From Alphaproteobacteria bacterium (GTDB taxonomy: Bacteria > Pseudomonadota > Alphaproteobacteria > SHVV01), in the NCBI GenBank assembly GCA_965261735.1, contig OZ253470.1, positions 1,792,001-1,856,000 on the forward strand: a stretch of DNA of 64,000 nucleotides. The letters run 5' to 3'. Position 1 is the stretch's first letter. Every line of letters starts with the position of its first letter. A program made the position numbers and the translations under genes. Shown piece after piece: positions 1 through 8,070 of the stretch. The notes under the pieces were generated by a model. It worked only from the letters and a program-made list of their open reading frames with translations. It was not told the origin of the DNA and ran no database searches.

Positions 1-825
1 CCACACCCACTAGGGCTAGAATGGGCGCAACCCGGATATAGGGGAGCGCGCCATGGATGTTCTCGACCGCGCCGATCTCCCATTCCCGCATTCGCTACCC
101 GAGTTCCAGCGACTTTTCCCCGATGATGCGGCCTGCGCCGCCTACCTGGAGAAAGCCCGCTGGGGAGACGGCTTTGCCTGCCCGCACTGCGGCACGGCGG
201 GAGAGCCGTTCCACTTTGAAAACCGCCCTGGCGTCCCGAGACGGCCTTTCAAATTCTCCACAAGCTCCGCTCGGGCATGGTGCGGCCCAACCAAGACAGG
301 ATCGGTGGACAGCCCAAGAACCATGTTGAGGTGGACGAAACCTGGGTTGGCGGGCGAACGCGTGGGGAAGGCCGTGGTGTTCACCACAAGGTTCCCGTCT
401 CCTGTGCCATCGAGGTGCGTCATCGAAAGCCGGGCACCAAGCTCGACAACCGGAAAGACGGACGCTATGCCGGACGCGTTCGGCTCGCCGTCGTGCTCGA
501 CCGTAGCGCCGAGTCGCTCTGTGGGTTCGTCGAGAGCACCGTCGCGCCGCGATCGCTGATCGTTACTGACGATTGGAGCGGCTATGCTGGCCTCGGTAAG
601 CGCGGCTATGAGCACTTCGCTGTTGCCGAGTGTGGTGATCCAGAGGTTGCCGAGCAATACCTGCCGATCATCCATCTGGTTTTCGCCAACCTGAAGACGT
701 GGCTGATCGGTATCCACCACGGCGTTAGCCACCAGCACCTACAAGCCTACCTCAACGAGTGAGGTGGCCCCGGAAAATCGGACAGGTTTTTAAGGTGTAT
801 TCCGCCGACTGAGGAGGGATACGCG

Positions 826-1107
826 ATGAGTAAGAGACGCAGGTTTTCCGGGGAGCTGAAGGCGAAGATCGCGCTTGAGGCGCTTCGTGGCGACCGGACG
901 CTTCAGGAGATCGCCTCGCAGCACCAGGTTCATCCGAACCAAGTGAGCACATGGAAGCGGCAGGCGATCGATGGTCTTGGCGAAGTGTTTTCGAACGGGG
1001 GCGAGCGCCGCCGTCGGGACCATGAGAGCGAGATCCGTGATCTTCACGCGAAGATCGGCGAGTTGACGGTGGAGCGGGATTTTTTGTCTCGAGGGTCCGG
1101 TCGATGA
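826..1107 (+). CDS. IS3 transposase OrfA (helix-turn-helix)
   Basis: MSKRRRFSGELKAKIALEAL...QVSTWK...LHAKIGELTVERDFL is typical of OrfA; RBS GAGGAGG upstream. Confidence 0.93.
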   Translation: MSKRRRFSGELKAKIALEALRGDRTLQEIASQHQVHPNQVSTWKRQAIDGLGEVFSNGGERRRRDHESEIRDLHAKIGELTVERDFLSRGSGR

Positions 1108-2039
1108 GCCGGGCCGAGAGGCGAACGATGGTGATACGCGCTCACCCGGCGCTGAGCTTGAGCCGTCAATGCCGTTTGCTGTCGATCGGACGCTCCTCGC
1201 TCTATTACACGCCCAAGGGCGAGAGCCCGGAGACCCTGGCGCTGATGCGGCGCATTGATGAGTTGTTCCTGAAGTATCCGTTCTACGGCGCCCGTCAGAT
1301 GGTCCGTCATCTACGCCGCGAGGGCGTGCGCGTCGGTCGTCGCCGGGCCGGTCGTCTGATGCGCCTGATGGGGCTTCAGGCGATCTATCGGGCGCCGCGC
1401 ACCAGCGATCCGCATCCCGAGCACCGGGTCTACCCCTATCTGCTCAGAGGCTTGACGATCGAGCGGGCGAACCATGTCTGGTGCGCCGACATCACCTACA
1501 TCCCGGTGCGGCGCGGCTTTCTTTACCTGGTGGCGATCATGGACTGGGCCAACCGGCATGTGCTGGCTTGGCGTCTGTCGAACACCCTGGATGCGGGCTT
1601 CTGCACAGACGCGCTCGACGAGGCGCTGGCCCGCCATGGCACGCCGGAGATCTTCAATACCGACCAGGGCAGCCAGTTCACCGGCTTCGCCTTCACCGGG
1701 CGCTTGCGGGAGACCGGCATCCGGATCTCGATGGACGGCAGGGGCCGGTGCCTGGACAACATCTTCATTGAGCGGCTGTGGCGCTCGCTCAAATACGAGG
1801 CCGTCTATCTGCGCGAGCTCGCCGACGGCTTCGAGGCCCGGCGCGTCATCGGCGAGTGGATCGACTTCTACAACACCGAGAGGCCGCACTCGGCGCTCGG
1901 GGGGGAAACGCCGGCCGAGGCCTACCGCGGCGCCCCGCCTGTGGATATGATGGACAAGCCGCTACGCGCCTTGCCCACATCCCCACAGGCGCAACAACAA
2001 CGGCAAGGAGATCGATGCAAAGGGATTCTGGCGGCATGA
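1104..2039 (+). CDS. IS3 transposase OrfB (rve integrase core)
   Basis: WCADITYI, FNTDQGSQFT, DNIFIERLWRSLKYE (DDE triad). Lies in the -1 frame relative to OrfA, with a T6 run at 1080-1085 as a possible slip site. Confidence 0.95.
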   Translation: MSRAERRTMVIRAHPALSLSRQCRLLSIGRSSLYYTPKGESPETLALMRRIDELFLKYPFYGARQMVRHLRREGVRVGRRRAGRLMRLMGLQAIYRAPRTSDPHPEHRVYPYLLRGLTIERANHVWCADITYIPVRRGFLYLVAIMDWANRHVLAWRLSNTLDAGFCTDALDEALARHGTPEIFNTDQGSQFTGFAFTGRLRETGIRISMDGRGRCLDNIFIERLWRSLKYEAVYLRELADGFEARRVIGEWIDFYNTERPHSALGGETPAEAYRGAPPVDMMDKPLRALPTSPQAQQQRQGDRCKGILAA

Positions 2040-2448
2040 ACGACAACTGGAATACACCTTAATCAAGCCGCCAAGCTGTCCGACAAACCGAGGCCACCTC
2101 AGAGTTCACCTTCCGCTTCAACAGGCGGTTCTACCCGTTCAACGCCTTCCGCTCATTGCTCGGCATCGCGGGCGACACCTCTGCTCCAACCTATGCCGAG
2201 CTTTACTCGGGAGAGTGGCGGCACCCTACATGTAGCGGTCATGGGCGTTAACCGGATAGGCAAGGATTATCCTTCTATGTTCGTCCCGGGTTATGGACCG
2301 GCCACTCCCTGGCGGGGTCTCCAAGGGCCCGCGATGGGGCCGTAGGCAGACCCTCGGTTCATGAGTACACACCGTAGGTCGAAAGCGGGAGGGACAGCGT
2401 GAGCCGAATCCACCGCTGCGGCGAAGAGATCCGGGCGCGCGCCGGAAT

Positions 2449-3342
2449 TCAGCCGGCCGGCGCGGCGGTGGACGCGAGCGCCTTGTCGGCGCGAATCGCT
2501 GGGATCATGAAGGCGCCCGCGGTGGCGAACATCAACAGGCTGTAGATGCCGCCCGGCACCGACATGGCCGTGTTGCCGAGCAGGGTGACGGCGACGAAAA
2601 TGGCGAGCGTCCCGTTCTGCAGTCCGCATTCGAGCGTGATCGCCGTGCGCTGGCGAACGCCGAGCCCGAAAAGCATGGTTAGGGCAAAAGCGAGCGCCAT
2701 CATGACGAGGTTCAGCGCCAGCGTGACCGGCCCCGCCTGGATGAAGTAGCTCACCAGGTTCGCGCGCTCGCTCAGGATCGCCCCGAGAATGATCAGGACG
2801 AAGAGCACCGTCGCGACGATACGCGCCCGGCGCTCGAAGGCCAGGGCGAACGCCGGGCTAAAGTGGCGTAGCGCCATGCCGAGGGCAACGGGCACGGTGG
2901 TGATGAGGAACACGCCCAGGATCGTCTGCCCGACCGATATCTCGGGCGCCGTCTCGGCGTCCATGAAGAACACGATCGACCCGCCGACGATCAGCGGCAG
3001 CGTGACCACGCCGACGATGCTGATCACCGCGGTGAGAGAGACCGACAGCGCCGTGTCGCCCCGCGCGAGGTGGGTCATCAGGTTCGAGGTGACGCCGCCG
3101 GGACAGGCGGCCAGGATCATCACGCCCACTTTGAGAACCGGGTCCATCGGCCACGCGAGCACGAGTCCAAAGGCAATGGCGGGCAACAGGACGATCTGGC
3201 TGACGGCACCTACGGCGAAATCCTTGGGCCGTACGACGACGCGCTTGAAGTCGTCGAGCACCAGCGCCAGGCCAAGCGAGAACATGATGAAGGCCAGCGA
3301 CACGGGCAGCAGCACTTGGGTTACGACATTGCCGTCTTCCAT
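2449..3342 (-). CDS. Bile acid:sodium symporter (BASS/SBF) family transporter
   Basis: IMFSLGLAL, ACPGGVTSN, ECGLQNGTLA motifs; hydrophobic throughout. Confidence 0.92.
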   Translation of the reverse strand: MEDGNVVTQVLLPVSLAFIMFSLGLALVLDDFKRVVVRPKDFAVGAVSQIVLLPAIAFGLVLAWPMDPVLKVGVMILAACPGGVTSNLMTHLARGDTALSVSLTAVISIVGVVTLPLIVGGSIVFFMDAETAPEISVGQTILGVFLITTVPVALGMALRHFSPAFALAFERRARIVATVLFVLIILGAILSERANLVSYFIQAGPVTLALNLVMMALAFALTMLFGLGVRQRTAITLECGLQNGTLAIFVAVTLLGNTAMSVPGGIYSLLMFATAGAFMIPAIRADKALASTAAPAG

Positions 3343-3389
3343 GGTTCGGGTTCCGAATTAAGGGTTGTGCGCCAAAAGGAGCCGCCGCC

Positions 3390-4745
3390 CTACTCCGCCG
3401 CCCGCGCTTGGCACAGGCCGGTGTGGCCACCGTCCTTGACGTAGCGATCGATCAGGTCGCGGCCGGCCTGGCGCAACAGCTCGGCGTCGGCGGCCGCGTC
3501 CGCCGCCTTGGGCACGCGCAGGGCGGTATCGCCCGCATAGCTTGGCATCAGCTTGCCGTCGCGGAACACGTTGGGCGGATCCCTGCCCTCCGCGACCACC
3601 TCGATCGCCTCGCGGATGCCGCGCCGCATCATGGCGACGCCACGGTCGGAGACGCCGAGATGTTCGCGCGCGTGGACCGCTATGGCGCCCTGGCCGATCT
3701 GCGCCTCGTAGTCTCCGGGTTCGCGCTGCATATCCTCGTAGGTACGGCCCGAGGCGTTGAACGTCAGCGCCGGCGCCTCGTCCTTGGTGCGCGGGTTGCT
3801 CTCACCCTCCGGCGTCAGCACCAGGCTCACCTCCATCATGTTGACGTTGTCGATCGGCACCGCCCACAGCATCAGATAGGGGATGCTGTGCAACTCGTCC
3901 TCGCCCTCGGCAAGTTTCGGCGGCCAGGTCGGCATTTGGCCGAGCGCGGCGATGTTGGGCCAGATGTATTCGATGTTGCGCACCCACACCGTCTCGTCGT
4001 CGAGCCGGCGCATCTCCAGCGTCACGATGCTGGTCGGCGTCTCGATGTATTCGGCCTCACCGAGCAACCTCAGGGGCTCGACCACCGTGCCGTCGGGCGT
4101 TGTGAACTGAACCCCGGAGTGCTCCGCGTGCAGCCATTCCTCGTGCTGCGGGTCCACGAAGTTGTCGACGATCTGCAGCCAGTTGCACTCCTTGATGTTC
4201 GGCCCACCGTGCACCTCGCCGCATTCCAGGCGGTAGCCGGGGATGTTGAGGAGGTCGAGCGCCCACAAGTCGGGCATTTGATCGGGCGGTCCCATATAGG
4301 CCCACACGGCGCCCGCGTGTTCGCGCGTCGGGTAGGCGCCGTGATAAAAGCGGTCCTTGAGGGTGCTGCCGGCGGGCTCGAGCGGCGTATCGAGGATGCG
4401 CCCGTCGACGTCGAACTGCCAACCGTGATAACAGCAGCGGATGCCGCGTTCCTCGATACGGCCATATTCGAGCGAGGTGCCACGGTGGCTGCAATGCAGC
4501 TCGAGCAAGCCGATCTCGCCGCGCCCGTCTCGGAACACGACCAGATCCTCGCCCATGATGCGGCGCCGGAGCGGCAGGTCCTTGAGCTCGTGGCTGTAGG
4601 CGACGGGCTGCCAGAAGCGCCGGAGATATTCGCCGCACGGGGTGCCCGGCCCGACGTGTGTGAGGAACGCATCCTCGGACGCCGCGTCGCGCTGCTGATA
4701 GGCCGCGAATGGCTCCTTGATGAATCGGGTCTGGGTCAGGCTCAT
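3390..4745 (-). CDS. Rieske non-heme iron oxygenase alpha subunit (phthalate 4,5-dioxygenase/LigXa-like group)
   Basis: GPGTPCGEYLRRFWQPV; Rieske motif CSHR...CCYHGW; mononuclear-iron motif DNFVDPQHEEWLH. Start set at ATG 4745 (MSLTQTRF). Confidence 0.9.
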   Translation of the reverse strand: MSLTQTRFIKEPFAAYQQRDAASEDAFLTHVGPGTPCGEYLRRFWQPVAYSHELKDLPLRRRIMGEDLVVFRDGRGEIGLLELHCSHRGTSLEYGRIEERGIRCCYHGWQFDVDGRILDTPLEPAGSTLKDRFYHGAYPTREHAGAVWAYMGPPDQMPDLWALDLLNIPGYRLECGEVHGGPNIKECNWLQIVDNFVDPQHEEWLHAEHSGVQFTTPDGTVVEPLRLLGEAEYIETPTSIVTLEMRRLDDETVWVRNIEYIWPNIAALGQMPTWPPKLAEGEDELHSIPYLMLWAVPIDNVNMMEVSLVLTPEGESNPRTKDEAPALTFNASGRTYEDMQREPGDYEAQIGQGAIAVHAREHLGVSDRGVAMMRRGIREAIEVVAEGRDPPNVFRDGKLMPSYAGDTALRVPKAADAAADAELLRQAGRDLIDRYVKDGGHTGLCQARAAE

Positions 4746-5087
4746 GCCGATTCTCCCAGCGAAGATGTCGAACTTGGGCCAAGCATCGTAGCCCATTCTG
4801 ACAGTTTGAGACTTCCTCGTCCGGCGAGATCCGCTTGAGAAAATGGATGTGGGGAGGAGAGGCACCAAGCAGGAGAACCAACACTCTCGTGCAAGCGCGG
4901 ACACCGTTGAACGAGTACATGTAGCGCAGTGTCATGCGCTCCGGCTCTCAAGTCCCTTCGATTCCGTCATCAGGAAGGCACATAATAGATACCCATCCAC
5001 TCTGGACTGGAGGATGCGTCAGCGATGTGGCGGTGAGCGGACCCTCGGTTCGTGCGCGCACACCGAATCACTAGAAGGAGGGAGAGG

Positions 5088-6050
5088 GTGAGCCGACCAC
5101 TGCCGTCAGGCGTCGAGCGCGTGGGTGTCGTCGGCACCGGGGTGATCGGCGCCGGGTGGGCCGCCCATTTCCTGCGCCAGGGGATGGACGTGATCGCCTG
5201 GGACCCGGCGCCCGATGCGCCCGCCAAGCTCGCCCGCACCCTCGACCAGGTGTGGCCGACGATGGAGCGGCTCGGCCTCAAACCCGGAGCCAGCCGCGAC
5301 CGCATCACTGTGGCAAACTCGCTCGCGGCGCTGGCGGACGAGGCCCAGGTCGTGCAGGAGAGCGCGCCCGAGAACCTGGAGGTGAAGATCGACCTCCTCG
5401 CCGAGCTCGACGCGGCGGCGCCGCCGGAGGTCGTCCTGATCTCCAGCACCTCCGGCTTCGCCATGTCGGACATGCAGGTGCGCTGCCGCCATCCCGGGCG
5501 CACCGTCGTCGGCCATCCGTTCAATCCACCCTATCTCATGCCGTTGGTCGAGGTGGTGGGGGGCGCACGGAGCGACCCCGAGGTCGTCGACTGGGCGGTC
5601 GCGTTCTATCAATCCATCGACCGGCGCGCGCTCAGGATGGCGCGTGAGCTACCCGGTTTCGTCGCCAACCGGCTGCAGGAGGCGCTGTGGCGCGAGGCGC
5701 TGCACATGGTGGCGGCGGGCGAGGCCACCGTCGAAGAGATCGACGCCGCGATCGTCGATGGACCTGGCCTGCGCTGGGCCATCATGGGGCCTTGCCTCAC
5801 CTTTCACCTCGCCGGCGGCGAGGGCGGCATGGCGCACATGCTCGATCATTTCGGGCCCGCCCTGCTCGAGCCGTGGACGCGGCTCGAGGCCCCCGAACTC
5901 ACGCCGGATTTACGCGATCGCATGGTCGCCGGCTGCGAGGACGAAGCCGGCGCACGCAGCGTGGCCGATCTCATCGCCGAGCGCGACGACGGCTTGATTC
6001 GCATTATGGGGGCGCTGGCCGAGAGCCGCCGCCGCGGGAGCGGCAGCTAG
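5088..6050 (+). CDS. lcdH: L-carnitine dehydrogenase-like (3-hydroxyacyl-CoA dehydrogenase family)
   Basis: GTGVIGAGWAA Rossmann motif; VQESAPE, SSTSG, GHPFNPPYLMPLVE, GPGLRWAIMGP, HLAGGEGGMAH. GTG start after GGAGGGAG. Confidence 0.8.
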   Translation: MSRPLPSGVERVGVVGTGVIGAGWAAHFLRQGMDVIAWDPAPDAPAKLARTLDQVWPTMERLGLKPGASRDRITVANSLAALADEAQVVQESAPENLEVKIDLLAELDAAAPPEVVLISSTSGFAMSDMQVRCRHPGRTVVGHPFNPPYLMPLVEVVGGARSDPEVVDWAVAFYQSIDRRALRMARELPGFVANRLQEALWREALHMVAAGEATVEEIDAAIVDGPGLRWAIMGPCLTFHLAGGEGGMAHMLDHFGPALLEPWTRLEAPELTPDLRDRMVAGCEDEAGARSVADLIAERDDGLIRIMGALAESRRRGSGS

Positions 6051-6070
6051 GGCCTTCGCGCGCGCGGAGA

Positions 6071-6856
6071 TCAGCGCCCGCGCCAGATCGGCGGGCGCTT
6101 TTCGGCAAACGCGCGCGGCCCCTCGCGCGCATCCTCCGAGCCCAGCATGCGCGCATACGCGGGAAGGCTGCCTCCGCGCTGCAGGGCAAAGCCCTGCTCG
6201 ACGCTGAGCGTTTCGCTGGCGCGGATGACCTCCTTGAGGGCGGCCCCGGCGAGTGGCGCCGACGCCGCGACCTTCTCGGCCAAGGCTCGCGCCGCGGCCG
6301 CGAGCTCGGCCGCCGGGACGACGGCATTGACGAGCCCCCACCGCGCCGCCTCCCCCGCCGACATGCGCCGGCCCGTGAGCAGCATCTCCATGGCGATGGC
6401 CGGTGGTAGGCGGCGCGGCAGGCGCAGCGCCCCACCGGCATCGGGAATAATGCCGATCGTGACTTCGGGCAGGAAGAACTCGGCATGTTCGGCGGCAACG
6501 ATGAGGTCGCAGGCGAGCGCGAGCTCAAACCCGCCACCCGCTGCGATGCCATTGACGGCGGCGATGATGGGCTTGTCGAGATCGAACATCTGGGTCAGTC
6601 CGGCGAACCCCCCGGGGCCGTGATCGGCATCCACAGCCTCGCCCGAGGCGGCCGCCTTGAGGTCCCAACCGGCGGAGAAAAAGCGATCGCCCGCGCCGGT
6701 GACGATGGCGACGGCAAGTGCCGCATCGTCACGGAAGGCGGCGAAGGCCTCGCCCAACGCCCGGCTCGTCGCCATGTCGATGGCGTTGGCCTTGGGTCGA
6801 TCGAGGGTGATCTCGAGCACCTTGCCGTAACGCTCGCTGTGCAGCACGTCTCTCAT
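6071..6856 (-). CDS. caiD: Carnitinyl-CoA dehydratase / crotonobetainyl-CoA hydratase (crotonase family)
   Basis: [51 protein letters not shown]; carnitine gene context. Confidence 0.82.
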   Translation of the reverse strand: MRDVLHSERYGKVLEITLDRPKANAIDMATSRALGEAFAAFRDDAALAVAIVTGAGDRFFSAGWDLKAAASGEAVDADHGPGGFAGLTQMFDLDKPIIAAVNGIAAGGGFELALACDLIVAAEHAEFFLPEVTIGIIPDAGGALRLPRRLPPAIAMEMLLTGRRMSAGEAARWGLVNAVVPAAELAAAARALAEKVAASAPLAGAALKEVIRASETLSVEQGFALQRGGSLPAYARMLGSEDAREGPRAFAEKRPPIWRGR

Positions 6857-6878
6857 ATCCGGACGTCTATGCGCGGGC

Positions 6879-8039
6879 TCACCCTTCGTAGCGCCGCAGC
6901 AGCGCGCGCGAGATGATGTGGCGCTGAATTTCGCTGGTGCCGTCCCAGATGCGCTCGACTCGGGCGTCGCGCCAGAAGCGCTGGATCGGAAGCTCGTCCA
7001 TCAGGCCCATGCCTCCGAAGATCTGGACCGTGTGGTCGGTGACGCGGCCCAACGTCTCCGAGGCGTAGAGCTTGGCCATCGCCGCATCGGCGTTCGTCAT
7101 CGTCCCCTGGTCGAGCTTCCAGGCCACGTTCAGCGTCAGCAGCTCCGCCGCCGCGATCTCGGTGGCCATGTCCGCGAGCTTGAACGAGGTGCCCTGGAAG
7201 CGGCCGATCGGTTGGCCGAACTGGCGCCGGGTGGCGGCCCATTCCGCGGCCATTTCAAGCGCCCGCTGGGCACGGCCGACGCACATCGCGGCGACCGAGA
7301 GCCGGCTTGCCGCGAGCCATTCGTTGGCCAGCTCCAGGCCTTTGCCCTCCTCGCCCAAGATTTGGCGCGCGTTCACGCGACACTCGGTGAAAACGAGCTC
7401 GCAGTGGTGGTAACCGCGGTGCGACAGCGCGCGGGCGCGGCGGTTTACCTCTAGCCCGGGCGTGTCCTTGTCGACGAGAAAGCACGTGATCCGCTTGCCC
7501 GCCGCGTCGGCCGGGTCGTCGGTGCCGGTGACCACGAACAGGATGATGAAATCGGCGACATCGGCGTGGCTGATGAAGTGTTTGGTGCCGGTAATGAGGT
7601 AGTCCGCACCCTCCTTGACCGCGCGCGTCGTCATGGCCCGCAGGTCCGAGCCTGCGCCGGGCTCAGTCAGCGCCAGGCAGTCGACCCTTTCGCCGCGCAC
7701 GCAGGGCGCGAGGTAGCGCTCGATCTGGTCGCCGGTACACGCGCACAGGATGTTGCTCGGCCGACCGACGAACACCTGCAACGCGAACGAGGGCCGCCCG
7801 AGCTCGCGCTCCATCAATGCCATCGACACCGCATCGAGCCCACCCCCGCCGTGAGCCGCCGGTATGTTGGCCGCATAGAACCCCTGCGCAACTGCCTTAT
7901 CGCGAATGGCGTTCGCGATGTTCACCGGCACCTCGTCGCGGCGCTCGACCTCGGCCTCGTGGGGATAGAGTTCCCGCTCCACGAAGGCGCGCACGCTGTC
8001 GACCAGAAGTTGCTGCTCCGCGGTGGGTTCGAAGTTCAC
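6879..8039 (-). CDS. Acyl-CoA dehydrogenase (probable gamma-butyrobetainyl-CoA dehydrogenase)
   Basis: [49 protein letters not shown]. Substrate inferred from context. Confidence 0.9.
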   Translation of the reverse strand: MNFEPTAEQQLLVDSVRAFVERELYPHEAEVERRDEVPVNIANAIRDKAVAQGFYAANIPAAHGGGGLDAVSMALMERELGRPSFALQVFVGRPSNILCACTGDQIERYLAPCVRGERVDCLALTEPGAGSDLRAMTTRAVKEGADYLITGTKHFISHADVADFIILFVVTGTDDPADAAGKRITCFLVDKDTPGLEVNRRARALSHRGYHHCELVFTECRVNARQILGEEGKGLELANEWLAASRLSVAAMCVGRAQRALEMAAEWAATRRQFGQPIGRFQGTSFKLADMATEIAAAELLTLNVAWKLDQGTMTNADAAMAKLYASETLGRVTDHTVQIFGGMGLMDELPIQRFWRDARVERIWDGTSEIQRHIISRALLRRYEG

Positions 8040-8070
8040 GACGTTCCTCCGATTGGCCCGGTAGCGGCGC

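Larger units (their letters stand above)
760..2101 (+). mobile_element. IS3-family insertion sequence, 1342 bp, apparently intact
   Basis: Left end TGAGGTGGCCCCGGAAAATCGGACAG; right end reverse complement TGAGGTGGCCTCGGTTTGTCGGACAG; TG...CA termini; 3-bp target duplication GAG (757-759 and 2102-2104); orfA/orfB inside. Confidence 0.95.
53..2251 (+). pseudogene. IS1595-family (ISXO2-like) transposase pseudogene
   Basis: ATG at 53. Frameshifting internal deletion near 235 (ENRPGV joins ETAFQILHKLRSGM in another frame). IS3 inserted at 760-2101. Frame resumes at 2102 as EFTFRFNRRFYPF...HGR* with stop at 2249-2251. Confidence 0.85.
1..2262 (+). mobile_element. IS1595-family insertion sequence, degraded and interrupted by IS3; left end probably lies just outside the window
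   Basis: Transposase pieces in order: Zn-ribbon (FACPHCG), DDE motifs (VEVDETWVGG, IVTDDWSGY) and C-terminal YLNEFTFRFNRR. Putative right end ...TTAACCGGATAGGCA at about 2248-2262. Confidence 0.8.

Noticed and set aside
4746-5020. Small ORFs or riboswitch between the Rieske gene and lcdH
   Set aside because: No recognisable protein motif or known aptamer consensus.
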